Shown here: positions 27,048 to 39,000 of the stretch, one piece after another
Layout: each line of letters starts with the position of its first letter
Position numbering within the stretch: position 1 is the stretch's first letter
Origin: Alistipes sp.
GTDB taxonomy: Bacteria; Bacteroidota; Bacteroidia; Bacteroidales; Rikenellaceae
DNA: 64,000 nucleotides
Reading direction: 5' to 3'
NCBI GenBank assembly: GCA_017451685.1
Contig: JAFTNV010000028.1
Coordinates: forward strand, 8,515-72,514
Translations under genes and position numbers: made by a program
The notes under the pieces: model-generated
The model's database searches: none
Seen by the model: only the letters and a program-made list of their open reading frames with translations
Told to the model about the DNA's origin: nothing

Positions 27048-28028
27048 CTATATCGACAACATTTTTACGATGTCAAGCTCCGCACTTCCAATCGTATGCT
27101 TATGTGTTGTCGCCTTCGAGAATGGTACATATACCAACTCGCCATTCTTTATGCCTATCATCACGTTGCGCTGCCCCTCCTTGAGTGCCGTAATGGCCTG
27201 CGCACCCATGCGCGAGGCGAGGATGCGGTCTGCAGCCGTGGGCGACCCGCCACGCTGTAGGTGGCCGAGGATTGTCACGCGCGCGTCGTACTCCGGAAAC
27301 TCCTCCTTGATGCGTTGCTTAAGGCCCAGCGCACCTCCCGTTGCGGGGTTCTCCGCCACGAGCACGATGGCTGAGTTCTTACTCTTGCGGAAGCCGTGGT
27401 TTATGAGGTCGGCAAGCTGGTCTATCTCGGTCTCCATCTCGGGAACAATGGCCGCCTCGGCACCCGAGGCTATGGCGCCATTGAGGGCGAGGTATCCCGC
27501 CATGTGACCCATGACCTCGACGAGGAAGAGGCGCTCATGGCTCGTTGCCGTGTCGCGAATCTTATCCACCGCCTCGACGATGGTGTTGAGTGCCGTGTCG
27601 TAGCCTATGGTGCTATCCGTACCTCCGAGGTCGTTGTCAATCGTTCCCGGGAGGCCGACGATGGGTATGTCGTACTCCTCGGCAAAGATGCGGGCACCGC
27701 TGAGCGAGCCGTCGCCACCGATGACTACGAGGGCGTCGATACCCTCGGCACGCATATTATCGAATGCCTGCTTGCGCCCCTCGGGTGTGACGAACTCCTT
27801 GCAGCGCGCCGTCTTAAGTATGGTGCCACCCTGCTGTATGATATTACTCACCGACTTAGAATAAAACTCCTCCATCTCGTTGTATACCAAGCCGTAATAT
27901 CCTCGCTTGATGCCCACAACACGCATGCCGTTAAATATTGCTGCGCGTGTCACGGCCCTAATCGCCGCATTCATACCCGGAGCATCACCTCCCGAGGTGA
28001 GCACTCCAATACACTTTACCTGTGCCAT
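27048..28028 (-). CDS. pfkA: ATP-dependent 6-phosphofructokinase
   Basis: [34 protein letters not shown]. Confidence 0.96.
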   Translation of the reverse strand: MAQVKCIGVLTSGGDAPGMNAAIRAVTRAAIFNGMRVVGIKRGYYGLVYNEMEEFYSKSVSNIIQQGGTILKTARCKEFVTPEGRKQAFDNMRAEGIDALVVIGGDGSLSGARIFAEEYDIPIVGLPGTIDNDLGGTDSTIGYDTALNTIVEAVDKIRDTATSHERLFLVEVMGHMAGYLALNGAIASGAEAAIVPEMETEIDQLADLINHGFRKSKNSAIVLVAENPATGGALGLKQRIKEEFPEYDARVTILGHLQRGGSPTAADRILASRMGAQAITALKEGQRNVMIGIKNGELVYVPFSKATTHKHTIGSAELDIVKMLSI

Positions 28029-28077
28029 AGTTCAGAGTCTGTTTTCACGGTAAAGGTACTAAAAATATACCACACAG

Positions 28078-28114
28078 CAAAAAATGTGGGGCTGCAACAC
28101 TATTGCAACCCCAC
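28078..28114 (-). terminator. Intrinsic terminator downstream of the ppiD-like gene
   Basis: gtggggctgcaa/ttgcaaccccac arms with a U-tract on the minus strand. Confidence 0.7.
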
Positions 28115-28137
28115 CATTGTATCACTAATGCGCTCTA

Positions 28138-30090
28138 TTAGATCTCGCCCTCGCCACGAAGGTCCTTGACTGCGGCCTTTGAGGTCAATGCCTCGATAGC
28201 CGCCTGGCCCATCTGCGACTCGCGCTGGGTCATCGACGGTGTGCGCTCCGTGTCGATAGCCGTGAGGTCTACATCGCCATTGATGGCATCAACAACGAAT
28301 ACGTAGGCACCCTGCGTACCCTTAACCTTAGTCTCGATGCCCGTCTCGCGGCTCGATGCGATAGCGCCAACAAGAGCCTGATCGTACTTGCCATCAACGC
28401 TATAGTCTGCGAACTTAACGCCCGAGAACTTACCCGTAGTGGCGCCCTCAATCTCAGCGCCCATAGCCAACTGCGAAGCGATAGCCTCGTACTGCTTGTC
28501 GCGCTTCAACATATTCTCGATGGCACGTGCGTTAATCATCTCGTACTTATCATTGTTAACAGCCGAAACCACAACAACATAGATTACATTCTCGCCATGG
28601 AAGCTCTTAACCTCACCCACGGGAGCATCGTAAGCCCACACTGCGATGTTACGCGATGCGGAGATGTTACGCACACCACGCTCACGGTTCATCATAGGAG
28701 TATAGTCGTTGCGGTTAGCCGTAGTCACGAGAATCTGGTAGTGTGCCTCTGTAGCGGCAGCATCGAAGGTCTCAACGCTATTGCCGGCACTCTTAACAAA
28801 GGCATCAACGCTCTTAACGATGTTGTTGTGCGTAAGCTCGCTCGCCTCGATGCGCTTGGCTACATCTGCTGTGAGGACAAAACGCTTAGCCTCGCCAAGC
28901 TTCGTGAGCTTAACAACAGCGGGCTTATTGTTGTATGTATAGGTGAAGATGTCACCAACTTTGCGGCCGATGAAGTTCTTAGCATCGCTCTCGTTCATAG
29001 CCTCCATCCTGCGGCTGTCGGTAGCCACATCTACCGCTGTCTCAAGCTTCGTGAAGTCACCACCGTTGGCAACGAGCTCATCCATAAGGGCCTTAGCGGC
29101 AACAACATTGTCGGCCGTAACAACCTCGAAGTCGAAGCTCTCGGGAGCCTTAACATCCGACACTATGTAGCTTGCCTTCCACTCGTCGTCAACGAGCACG
29201 GGGCCATAGTTCTTACCACCCTTTACAGCTGCGGCAACATCTGCATCGAGAGCCGTGAAGAGCTTATAGGTGTCGGCCTTACCACCGATAGAGCGTACCG
29301 CGCGCTTGATAGCATCGCCATCGCCCTTAGCAGCAGCAACCTGTGCATCAACATCCATAACCATCTTCTCAACCTCGGCCTTATCCTCAGCTGTAGGCTC
29401 CACCTCGAAGGTGACGTAGCGCAACGTGCGCTCGCCAAAACGCTTGTTAGGCTGCTTGTTAGCCTCGTAGTATGCATTAATCTCCTCCTCGCTAACCTCC
29501 ACTGCGGGCATTGCGGCGTAGGGAACCATGACATAGCGGCCATCGAACGTGAGGTTCTGGTCGCGCATCTGCTTCTCAACCTCAAGGCGGTTAACATAGT
29601 TAGCGGCAACATAAGCCTCCGTAAACTTAGTATAGCCGAGGCTCATATCGATCGTAGGAAGACCTGCAACCCAACGACGCTCAATCTCGTTCTTGATAAG
29701 CTCTGCGGGGTAGCCGTACATGAGGTACTGCTCAGCCCACTGCTCGCCAACAACCTTGGCATAACTCTTGATGTCTGCATCCGAGACACCGAGGCCGAGA
29801 GCCTCGAGAGCCTCCTTCGAGAAGGCGTTGAAGAGGGCATACTCATAAGCGAGGTCTGCCTTAGCATCTGCCGAAAGGTTAGCCTCGCGGTAGAGCTCCT
29901 GATACTTGGCATACTCCGATGCCTTGATATCCTCACCATTGACGGTGATAACAGCCTTATCCTCGGGAATCTCGCTCTGACGTCCCTGCATCGAGAGCTG
30001 GTCGCCAAGGATAAATGCAACAAGCACTAAGGCAATGACTACAGAGAGCACAATGCCGTACTTCGTTCTTAGTGTGTTTAATGAAGCCAT
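28138..30090 (-). CDS. PpiD/SurA-N-domain membrane-anchored chaperone
   Basis: MASLNTLR...LVAFILGD N-terminal anchor, VNGEDI, VS.EEI..YY. Downstream of the hemolysin-lptC block as in other Bacteroidota. Confidence 0.8.
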   Translation of the reverse strand: MASLNTLRTKYGIVLSVVIALVLVAFILGDQLSMQGRQSEIPEDKAVITVNGEDIKASEYAKYQELYREANLSADAKADLAYEYALFNAFSKEALEALGLGVSDADIKSYAKVVGEQWAEQYLMYGYPAELIKNEIERRWVAGLPTIDMSLGYTKFTEAYVAANYVNRLEVEKQMRDQNLTFDGRYVMVPYAAMPAVEVSEEEINAYYEANKQPNKRFGERTLRYVTFEVEPTAEDKAEVEKMVMDVDAQVAAAKGDGDAIKRAVRSIGGKADTYKLFTALDADVAAAVKGGKNYGPVLVDDEWKASYIVSDVKAPESFDFEVVTADNVVAAKALMDELVANGGDFTKLETAVDVATDSRRMEAMNESDAKNFIGRKVGDIFTYTYNNKPAVVKLTKLGEAKRFVLTADVAKRIEASELTHNNIVKSVDAFVKSAGNSVETFDAAATEAHYQILVTTANRNDYTPMMNRERGVRNISASRNIAVWAYDAPVGEVKSFHGENVIYVVVVSAVNNDKYEMINARAIENMLKRDKQYEAIASQLAMGAEIEGATTGKFSGVKFADYSVDGKYDQALVGAIASSRETGIETKVKGTQGAYVFVVDAINGDVDLTAIDTERTPSMTQRESQMGQAAIEALTSKAAVKDLRGEGEI

Positions 30091-30208
30091 AGAAAATATT
30101 ATTTTATCGTTATTAATCGTTTAAGCCTCCAAAGGTAGTAATTTTTTATCAAACAAAGCATATATTTCCAAAAAAAGGCTCGCAACCATAGAAATATATA
30201 CCTATATA

Positions 30209-31456
30209 TTATAATCGGCGCAGACCCACAAGGTCGAGACGCGAGCCCTCGCGCTTAAGAATCTTAACGCTGAAGTGGCGCGTGTCGAACTTATCGCCCT
30301 CGTGCGGAATACCACCATGCTCGGCAATGATATATCCCGCCAGCGTGTCGTACTCATCATCCTCGGGGATGGCGAGATTGTAACGCTCGTTAAGATACTC
30401 TACCTCCAGGCGCGACGAGAATATCCACTCATCATCGCCCACCTGCTTCTCCACCAACTCCTGAACATCGTGCTCATCCTCAATGTCGCCAAATATCTGC
30501 TCCAGGACATCCTCCAACGAGATGATTCCCGCCGTGCCTCCAAACTCGTCGATAACCACCGCGATGCTCGCCTTACGCTTCGTAAAGGTCTCGAGCATAG
30601 CCTGTAGCGGCATAGTCTCGGCAACGTAGATGGTCTTAATGAGCACATCCGAGATAGACTCCGGACGCTCAAAGAGACTCTTCGAATTAACATAGCCGAT
30701 GATGTTATCTATCGTGTCGTGCCACACGAAGATACGCGAGAAGTTGGTCTCGACGAAGCGCTCCGTGAGCTCCGCAATGGATGTCGTCTCGAGATCCACA
30801 GCCTCGACATCCACGCGCTGCACCATGCAGTCCCTCACGCGCAGGTCGGCAAAGTCCAACGCATTCTGGAACAGGCGTATATCCTCCTCATCCTCACTAT
30901 CGACCTCCACATTGTCGGCCTCGACCAACGAGGCGAGGTCGTCACGGTTAAACTCCGTAGGCTCCTCACGACTCTCAAGGCGCGTACCCGTGAGGCGGAT
31001 AAGGCCACACGAGATAAGCGTGGTGAGGCGCGTAACGGGGTACAATATTATATATAATAGGAAGATTACGGGCGAGAAGAACGTATAGTAAAAGTTGGGA
31101 TTATGTCTTACTACCGACTTCGGTATATACTCACCCACGAATAATATCACCACCGTAGATACGATGGTCTGTGCCAGAGCATTATCCATATTGAAGAGCT
31201 CAAATAAGAGCTGCGACATAAACATAGAGTATACCACCAGCGCGATGTTGTTACCCACGAGGATGGTGGTGATGTAGTTGCTCGCATTGCGCGAGAATAT
31301 GTCGGCAATGTGGTTGAACATCGGGTTTTGCTTACGGTCTATCTCTTCACGCAGGCGGTTACGCCCGAGGAAGGCTATCTCCATGCCCGAGAAGAATGCC
31401 GAGAAGAGCAGCATGACTGCTATAACCACGACCGTCGTCAATGAAACATCTCCCAT
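30209..31456 (-). CDS. HlyC/CorC family (CNNM-CBS-CorC) protein
   Basis: SAFFSGMEIA, ILVGNNIA, GEYIPK, VIDEFGGTAGI, DTLAG. Confidence 0.92.
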   Translation of the reverse strand: MGDVSLTTVVVIAVMLLFSAFFSGMEIAFLGRNRLREEIDRKQNPMFNHIADIFSRNASNYITTILVGNNIALVVYSMFMSQLLFELFNMDNALAQTIVSTVVILFVGEYIPKSVVRHNPNFYYTFFSPVIFLLYIILYPVTRLTTLISCGLIRLTGTRLESREEPTEFNRDDLASLVEADNVEVDSEDEEDIRLFQNALDFADLRVRDCMVQRVDVEAVDLETTSIAELTERFVETNFSRIFVWHDTIDNIIGYVNSKSLFERPESISDVLIKTIYVAETMPLQAMLETFTKRKASIAVVIDEFGGTAGIISLEDVLEQIFGDIEDEHDVQELVEKQVGDDEWIFSSRLEVEYLNERYNLAIPEDDEYDTLAGYIIAEHGGIPHEGDKFDTRHFSVKILKREGSRLDLVGLRRL

Positions 31457-31478
31457 AATATGCCTGTTTACTCTATCT

Positions 31479-32456
31479 TTACTCCGCCTCCGCCGAGTTC
31501 TTTATCTCCCTATCTCTCCTTGCCGCCCCCGCCGTAGGCTTAAGCGCGGCGTTACCTGCCTGTATCGCTGATGGCGACAGGCTCTCTGCACCCATAGCAC
31601 CCTTCTTACCCTTCTGCACGCCGCCACCGAGCGATGGCGCCACGGGCGTCACCGAGCCCTGCTCACGCTTCGTGGGCTGTGTTGCCGTGGGGCGAGAGGC
31701 TCCTCCAACGGGCAGAGGCGGGGTGTTACGCTCACCACCTCCCACCGTATGGCTTATATCCTTCTGCGGTACCGTCTGGCGCTTAGTGTCACTATTATCC
31801 GACTTCTCCTCCTTCTTACTCTCCGCCTTATCGCTCTCCTTCGTCGTCTTATCCTTGGGCTCCGGCTGGCTCATGTCGAACTCCATCTCGGAGCTATACT
31901 TACGGAAGTGGATATTCTTCAGGTCGTCATCGGCATCGAAGCCCACACCGAAGTGCCAGCCGTCGGCCTGCAACACCTTCGTGTCGACGTTGGAGTATAT
32001 CTTCTTCGTCGTGGCGTTCCAGAAGAGCTGCTGAGTATATATCTCCGTGAGATCCTTCACGGTGGTATCACCCTCCTCGCGGTTATTCTTGATAATCACC
32101 ACGTTACCCTTTGCCTCCCAGAGCCTCTGGCGCTCGTAGTAAATGGCGTAGTTTGCCGTGATGGTGGCATCGATGAGCGACAGCGAGTCGGTATATGTCG
32201 TCATGCGTATGCCGCGACGAAACTCCTGGTAGGGGTTTGAGGCCATGCTATAGCCCTCCATCAGCGGTGAGGTGAAGGAGTAGGAGCGCTTACCATTCTC
32301 CATCATCGTTATTGTGCGGTTCTCGCTCGACTCCGTCATCAGCGTCTCATAGTCGTAGAGCGTGGCTGCCGGCTTAGTGTCGCACGATGATAGCAACGAG
32401 GCACTCCCCACAAGGAGGAGTGCCAACACTGCATATCTGCACAATGCGATGCGCAT
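31479..32456 (-). CDS. lptC: LPS export protein LptC (Bacteroidota lipoprotein type) with long low-complexity C-terminal tail
   Basis: Lipobox LLSS-C, ANYAIY..LWEAKGNV, TQQLFWN..KKIYSN, G.GFD. Gene context TPR-lptC-hlyC. Confidence 0.8.
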   Translation of the reverse strand: MRIALCRYAVLALLLVGSASLLSSCDTKPAATLYDYETLMTESSENRTITMMENGKRSYSFTSPLMEGYSMASNPYQEFRRGIRMTTYTDSLSLIDATITANYAIYYERQRLWEAKGNVVIIKNNREEGDTTVKDLTEIYTQQLFWNATTKKIYSNVDTKVLQADGWHFGVGFDADDDLKNIHFRKYSSEMEFDMSQPEPKDKTTKESDKAESKKEEKSDNSDTKRQTVPQKDISHTVGGGERNTPPLPVGGASRPTATQPTKREQGSVTPVAPSLGGGVQKGKKGAMGAESLSPSAIQAGNAALKPTAGAARRDREIKNSAEAE

Positions 32457-32473
32457 AGTTCTACCGTTCTATA

Positions 32474-33820
32474 TTAGCGGTAACGTACCGTTGTTGTCTG
32501 ACCCGCAGCGAAGCCACACTTGATCGTATAGCGGTCACCCGAGGTGAGCTCTGCGAAGAAGCAAGTCTCCTGGGGAGGGAATGCTGCGCGGTAGGCGTTC
32601 ATAAGCTGCTGTGCAGCCTTCTGCACCTCAGGCTCGTCCTTCAATAGGTTCGAGGCCTGTGCCATAGCGTCGTATGCTGCCCAGTATACCGAGGCGCCAC
32701 CAATCTTATCATCCGTGCATGGTGCCGATGCGTAGCACTGACCGAGGATGAAGTATGAGTAGCCATTGTCGGGGTTGATGCTGCGGAGCTCGCGTGCTGC
32801 CTCTGCTGCTGCCGAGTAGTTGCGGCTACCAATCTCGATGAGGGCAATCTGAACATAGAGGGGCTCCTTAGCTGCGGGGTTGGTCTCCACGGCCAAGGCC
32901 TCACGCAAGTACTTCAACGCCTTGTCGTTCTCGCCACGACCCTGGAAGCCCTGAGCGAGGAACAATGCTGTCTCCGACGAGGGATTCACGGTGTAGTACT
33001 TCTCGGTCGTTGCGAAGAAGAAGTCGCTCGAGCACTGTGCACGCGACATCAAAGCCACGGCCTGTGCAAGGATAGCCTGGTTGTCGGGGTCGGCAGCGAG
33101 CTTCTGGCTGAAGAGCGCCTCGAGGTTCTCGCAGCTGGCAGCACCGCTGGTGCCGAAGCTATTCTCGAAGCTCTCCTTATACTGCTCGTCCTCGGCCGAA
33201 ACCTCAGCAAAGAGGGGCGAGAGGCGCTCGTACTCACCGAGTACCATGTCGCTCGTAACGCTATCGTCATACTCGAAGTCTTCGCAGAGGAACTTGTAGT
33301 ACGAAGCGACGATGTCGAGGTTGATACGTCCCGAGGCGATGGCTGCATCGACAGCATCCTTCAAACCTGCGCGGAGCAGGGGACGATCCGTCGTGCAGTA
33401 GCGGAGCATATCACGAGCCTTCATGTCGAGGATATAATCCTTACCGTTCTTCTGATGGTCACCAAAGTAGATGACACGCTGGTCGTAGATGAAGAGGATT
33501 GAGTCGACATATACTCGCTTCTCCTCGACGCTACGAGCGCGCTGTGCCTTATTCTTGTAGAGCGTCACGCCACGTGCGAATGTCTGCTGCGATGCTGCGG
33601 GGCAGTTGTTGAGCAGCTGCTGGAAATACTGCGTTGCGAGCTTGAAGTCCTTAGCATCCAACGCCTCCTTGAGGTAGTTACTTGCGCTGATGTTAGCCTG
33701 GCGCTCCTCAACCGTAGCACCCCACTTACCATAGACCTTGTCGTCGCTGAAATCCTGAGCCACAGCCGTAAAGCCTACGCACAACGCAACAGCGGCCAAA
33801 AGAAATTTTACTCCTTTCAT
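32474..33820 (-). CDS. Secreted TPR-repeat protein
   Basis: Signal peptide, helical TPR-like repeats, conserved C-terminal YWAA.D...FP...FF...G motif. Confidence 0.8.
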   Translation of the reverse strand: MKGVKFLLAAVALCVGFTAVAQDFSDDKVYGKWGATVEERQANISASNYLKEALDAKDFKLATQYFQQLLNNCPAASQQTFARGVTLYKNKAQRARSVEEKRVYVDSILFIYDQRVIYFGDHQKNGKDYILDMKARDMLRYCTTDRPLLRAGLKDAVDAAIASGRINLDIVASYYKFLCEDFEYDDSVTSDMVLGEYERLSPLFAEVSAEDEQYKESFENSFGTSGAASCENLEALFSQKLAADPDNQAILAQAVALMSRAQCSSDFFFATTEKYYTVNPSSETALFLAQGFQGRGENDKALKYLREALAVETNPAAKEPLYVQIALIEIGSRNYSAAAEAARELRSINPDNGYSYFILGQCYASAPCTDDKIGGASVYWAAYDAMAQASNLLKDEPEVQKAAQQLMNAYRAAFPPQETCFFAELTSGDRYTIKCGFAAGQTTTVRYR

Positions 33821-33889
33821 AAGTTTTAGTTTTTATTTTATTTTGTTTCTGTATATATCTCTAATCTCTAAAAAACAGAGTATCAACCA

Positions 33890-35287
33890 TTAATCATACT
33901 TCTGACGCACAAACCAGTAGTCCGACGTATCGGCCGAGAAGAGGCTGAAGCCGACAGATATTTTGTAGTAGTTCTGTGTCACGAGCCCCACCTTCTGTCC
34001 GTTATGGCTTATCGCACCGCGTGATGACATGCGGCCATACTCGAAGCCTATGTTCACCGACGAGGCGCCCCACACCTTCACCGGAAGGCCAAGACCTGCC
34101 GTGATGGCCAACTTATTCACGCGCTCACCGCCAAACGTCTGGTAGTAGTTACCCAGGCGTGCACCTACGCGGTACGATATGCGGTTGAAGTAGTTGCGCA
34201 CATCGCTCGAGCGTGGCGTAAACTCGAAGCCCGCCTTAATATCATGCGTGTCGGTATACTGCACTGCGATGTTACGGCTGTTGCTATTCTCCGCAAACGA
34301 CTTATTATCGCCACCCCACGCTGCGTAGTTGTAATCCACAGCCCACGCTATCGTCCTATCGCGATAGAACAATCCCACGCCCACCTGATGTGGCACACGG
34401 AGCTCCACGTTGTCGATGCGCTCACGCACGGGGTTACTCTGCAATGAGTTTATGATGTTGTCGGTATACACGTAACTCTCCTTCTCGGGGTTCAGCCTAC
34501 CGCCCAAGTCGTACGTAGCACCGAGGGTAAGGATGCGTGTCTCGGAGTAGAGGATGTTCCACTGCACACCCGCCTGGAACTTGAAGTTATTCACACGATA
34601 CTTATCCACGCCCTCCGTGGTAGCGTATGTTCCCGAGCCCGTGACGACATCCGTAACCTTCGTTCTGTACGTTCTCTCGATATATCCCCAGTAGTACTTC
34701 GCAGCCACACCTATCGAGAAGTTACGCCATGGCTCCCAGCCGATAGAGAGCTTAACCTCCGAGATGTCGCCATCGCCATTGTAGCCATACATCACGCGGC
34801 CGATGTCTGCCCAGTTATCGTTATTCTGATCCGTGAGCTTCACCTTGTAACCTACGCTGCTATACGGTGCAATGCTCACCATGGCACCCAGACCCTTGGC
34901 CAACGGAAACGCCAGGTATACGTTGTGAATGTTCACCGTGTTGTACACCGTCTTTGCCGTGTTCTTCTTCACGCCCGAGGCATCGAACTTGGGCTGGCTA
35001 TTACGGAAGTGTGTGCCATCGAAGCTCATGTCGAAGAGAAAACTCTTGCGGGGCGTGACGCTTGCCGCCGCAGGGTTGAGGATGTTGACCTGACCGAGCG
35101 AGCGCACACCGATACCGGCACCACCCATCGCGCGCATCTGCACCGTTCCCGGGGTCAGCAACTCTCCCGGGCCATACATCGAGTAGGGCGAGTAGGCATT
35201 GACACTACTTGTCTGTGCCGACACCGCAAAAGGCATCAACACGACAAGGGTCACAACACCCAAAAGTATCTTAACAATGCTTCGCAT
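33890..35287 (-). CDS. Outer-membrane beta-barrel protein (FadL-like family)
   Basis: Signal peptide, SPYSMYGPG, AMGG, NPAA, alternating strands, WF..KYD C-terminus. Confidence 0.8.
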   Translation of the reverse strand: MRSIVKILLGVVTLVVLMPFAVSAQTSSVNAYSPYSMYGPGELLTPGTVQMRAMGGAGIGVRSLGQVNILNPAAASVTPRKSFLFDMSFDGTHFRNSQPKFDASGVKKNTAKTVYNTVNIHNVYLAFPLAKGLGAMVSIAPYSSVGYKVKLTDQNNDNWADIGRVMYGYNGDGDISEVKLSIGWEPWRNFSIGVAAKYYWGYIERTYRTKVTDVVTGSGTYATTEGVDKYRVNNFKFQAGVQWNILYSETRILTLGATYDLGGRLNPEKESYVYTDNIINSLQSNPVRERIDNVELRVPHQVGVGLFYRDRTIAWAVDYNYAAWGGDNKSFAENSNSRNIAVQYTDTHDIKAGFEFTPRSSDVRNYFNRISYRVGARLGNYYQTFGGERVNKLAITAGLGLPVKVWGASSVNIGFEYGRMSSRGAISHNGQKVGLVTQNYYKISVGFSLFSADTSDYWFVRQKYD

Positions 35288-36005
35288 TATACTCCAAAAT
35301 TCTACTTAGTCCGTAAACCACCGGCTCACAGTCTGCAAATATCGCATTTTTAATTCTCTTTACAAAATATTTCGCATCACCTCCGGTGAAAATAACGATT
35401 TTTTTTGCATTTTCTTGCAAAAAGGCCTCAACATAGCCCCTAATCTCGTGTTCAACACCGCGCATCACGCCCTGCTCTATCGCCTCGCGCGTTGTGCGAC
35501 CATACTCCAAACGCTCCTCCGTCGCGGAGCATAACGGCAGACATGCGGTGAACTCACTTAGGGCACGGAAGCGTGTCGTCACACCTGGCGATATGTTACC
35601 CCCGAGGAACGCCCCATCAACGACATAGTCGATGGTTATTGCCGTGCCGAAGTCGACAATCATAATATCGCTCTCGGGATATAATGCCGCAGCACCCACG
35701 GCCGCAGCAAGGCGGTCGGCACCAAGCGTATCCTTCGAGTGGTAGCTGTTAGCCAGCGGTATAGGCGTAGTGCTTGGCGTAAAGACAACGACACATGGTA
35801 TCATCTCACGAAGGACGGCAGCGATAGCCTCGCCATCACCACGTGTTGAGGCGACAATGGCGCACTCCACCGCACAACCCGCAACAACGCCCTCGAACCA
35901 CTCCTGCGAGTACTCCTCGGCAACATGCTCCGCAACGACCTCCATACCACGCACGACGACAGCCTTCACGCGGCTATTTCCCACATCTACAATAAGATTC
36001 ATCAT
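35271..36005 (-). CDS. coaX: Type III pantothenate kinase
   Basis: VDVGNSRVK, LGADR, VDFGTAITID, GGNISPG, TGGD. Confidence 0.95.
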   Translation of the reverse strand: MMNLIVDVGNSRVKAVVVRGMEVVAEHVAEEYSQEWFEGVVAGCAVECAIVASTRGDGEAIAAVLREMIPCVVVFTPSTTPIPLANSYHSKDTLGADRLAAAVGAAALYPESDIMIVDFGTAITIDYVVDGAFLGGNISPGVTTRFRALSEFTACLPLCSATEERLEYGRTTREAIEQGVMRGVEHEIRGYVEAFLQENAKKIVIFTGGDAKYFVKRIKNAIFADCEPVVYGLSRILEYNAKHC

Positions 36006-39000
36006 CACTCTGTTTTACTCTCTGCCGCAGCCTTAAGCCTACGCAGCATGGCGACACCCTCGGCTACGGAGTATATCTTTCTAACGGTCATCGACAGGCG
36101 ATTATTGTACTGCTTAACGACAAAGCGCTCAGGGTCGGCAACAACCATCCTCAACATATTGAGGAACGTGTCGGTCTTGAAGAATGGCGAGTTATTATCG
36201 CCCACAAACCTCACAATCATAAGTCCGTTCTTCACCTTCACGTGCTCCATGCCGAGGTCTACGGCCTCACGGCGCAGCTTGACAACATTGATAAGCTCCT
36301 CGACAGGCTCGGGCATAGCGCCAAAGCGGTCGACAAGGCGCAGCCTCAAAGCATCGAACTCCACATCCGTGCGCATGGCATCAATCTCGCGATAGAGGCG
36401 CAGCTTCTCGGCCTGCGAGCGCACGTAACTATCAGGGATTGAGGCATCCGTATCGATATCTATCGTAGCATCGTCGACAAACGATATATCCTTCATCGCC
36501 TCGTTCTCCGCCTCCGTTAAGCCCGAGACGTCCAAGCCCTCGGCACGAAGCTCCGAGATAGCCTGGTTGAGTATCTTCTGGTAGGTCTCGATGCCCACAT
36601 CGGCAATGAAGCCACTCTGCTCCGCACCAAGGAGATTTCCCGCACCGCGGATATCCAAGTCCTGCATCGCGATATTAAATCCCGAGCCCAAATCCGAAAA
36701 CTCCTCAATGGCCCTCAGACGACGACGCGCATCCCCACCGATAAGCTCCTCGGGCGGCGATAGCAGATAGCAGAAACCCTTCCTGTCGGAGCGGCCCACG
36801 CGGCCACGTAGCTGGTGTAGGTCGCTGAGGCCGAAGCGGTGAGCATCGTTGATGATGATGGTGTTGGCGTTGCCAATATCTATGCCGTTCTCGATGATTG
36901 TTGTTGCCACCAGCACATCGAACTCGCCATAGATGAAGTCCATGATAAGCTTCTCCAACTGCTCGGCAGGCATGCGTCCATGTCCCGTCATCACGCGCGC
37001 CTTGGGGCATAGTCGCGTAATCATGCCCTGAAGCACTGGTAGATCCTCCACACGGTTATGCACGAAGTATACCTGACCGCCACGTGCCAGCTCCTCCTCG
37101 ATGGCATCGCGGATGACATCCTCGCTGAAGAGGTGCGACTCCGTGACTATGGGCTGACGGTTGGGCGGTGGCGTAGAGATGACCGAGAGGTCGCGCGAGC
37201 CCATAAGCGAGAATTGCAACGTGCGCGGGATGGGCGTAGCGGTAAGTGTCAGCGTATCAACAGCAACGGATAGTTGCGTAAGTTTCTCCTTGGCCGCCAC
37301 ACCGAACTTCTGCTCCTCGTCGACAACGAGCAGGCCGAGGTCGTGAAACTCTATCTGCTTCGACAGCATCTTATGTGTACCGATAAGGATGTCTATCTTT
37401 CCCGACTTAAGTTCCTCGGCGATGCGTCGCGCCTCCTTCGCCGACTTCGTGCGGTTGAGATACTCCACCGTGACGGGGAGGTCGCGTAGACGGTCCGTGA
37501 ACGAGCGGTAGTGTTGCAGTGCGAGGATGGTCGTCGGCACGAGCACGGCCGTCTGCTTGCCATCGACCGCAGCCTTGAAGGCGGCACGTATCGCCACCTC
37601 TGTCTTGCCGAAGCCCACATCGCCACATACGAGTCTATCCATCGGCTCGTTAGACTCCATGTCGTGCTTCACCGCAGCGATAGCCTTCTGCTGGTCGGGC
37701 GTATCCTCCCACTTGAATGAGGCCTCCAACTCCTGCTGCAGGTATCCATCTGCCGAGAAGGCGTAGCCCTTCGATGCCTTACGCTTGGCATAGAGCGCTA
37801 TCAGCTCGCGCGAGATATCCTTCACGGCACGCTTTGTCGTGGCCTTGAGCTTCTGCCATGCGCCATTGCCGAGTTTATATATCTTCGGAGGCTCGCCCTC
37901 GCCACTCTTATATCGCGAGATGCGGTGCAGCGCGTGGACATTCACAAAGAGAATGTCGTTATCCTTGTATATCAGCTTTATAGCCTCCTTCGTTCGGCCA
38001 TTCTCGTTGAGCCTCACAAGGCCTCCAAACCTACCTACGCCGTGGTCTATATGCACCACATAATCACCCACCTTCAGAGCGTTGAGCTCCGCCACGGTCA
38101 TCTGCTCGTCGCGCTTAATCTCGCCACGCAGGCGGTAGCGCTGGTAGCGGTCGAAAATCTGATGGTCGGTATATACGCAAATTTTGAGGTCATTGTCTAT
38201 AAATCCCTCGTGTAGCACAAGGTCAGCAGCACGGAACGTGACGCCACGACGACCCATCTGATGGAATATATTTTCGAGGCGCTCGATCTGCGCCTTGTTG
38301 TGCGAGAGTATCGAGGTGACGTAACCACGCTCGGCATTCCAGCGCACATCGTCGGCCAGCATCTCGAAGTTACGATTGAAGGCGGGCTGTGGCGAGGTGT
38401 TAAAGCTAAGTGTCACCAGCGCCTGACGCTCGCGTATGTTGTTCTTCTGCACAAGGAGTGTCGAGCCCTCCCAATCCTGCAACAGCGCCTGGCGCGATGT
38501 CACACGGCGCGTGAGAGCACGTGCATCATCCTCGCTCTCGGCCTGCTCCAGGAGGCGCTTGCGCACATCCGCAACCTTCCTCAGGGCATAGTCGCCATCA
38601 TCCACCCACCACGTTGCTCGCCCCGTAAAGCGTGCCAACGACACGCGCTCGTTGTCCTCCGTGTCGCGCATCGTATTGGGGATGATGTCTACCTCATCGG
38701 GGCGCTCGGCCGACAGCTGGCTCGAGATGTCGAACCTACGCAACGAGTCCACCTCGTCGCCAAAGAAGTCGACACGATAGGGGCGCGACTCGACATACGA
38801 GAACACATCGACGATACCGCCACGCACGGAGTATTGACCCGGCTCGTAGACAAAGTCCACGCGCTCGAAGCCATGCTCCGCAAGCCACTCAACGAGCACG
38901 GTCTGCTTAAGGCTATCACCCACCTTGATATGTAGCGACTGTCCCTCGAGGTCTACCCTCGCGGCCACGCTCTCGGCCAACGCCTCGGGATAGGTGCAGA

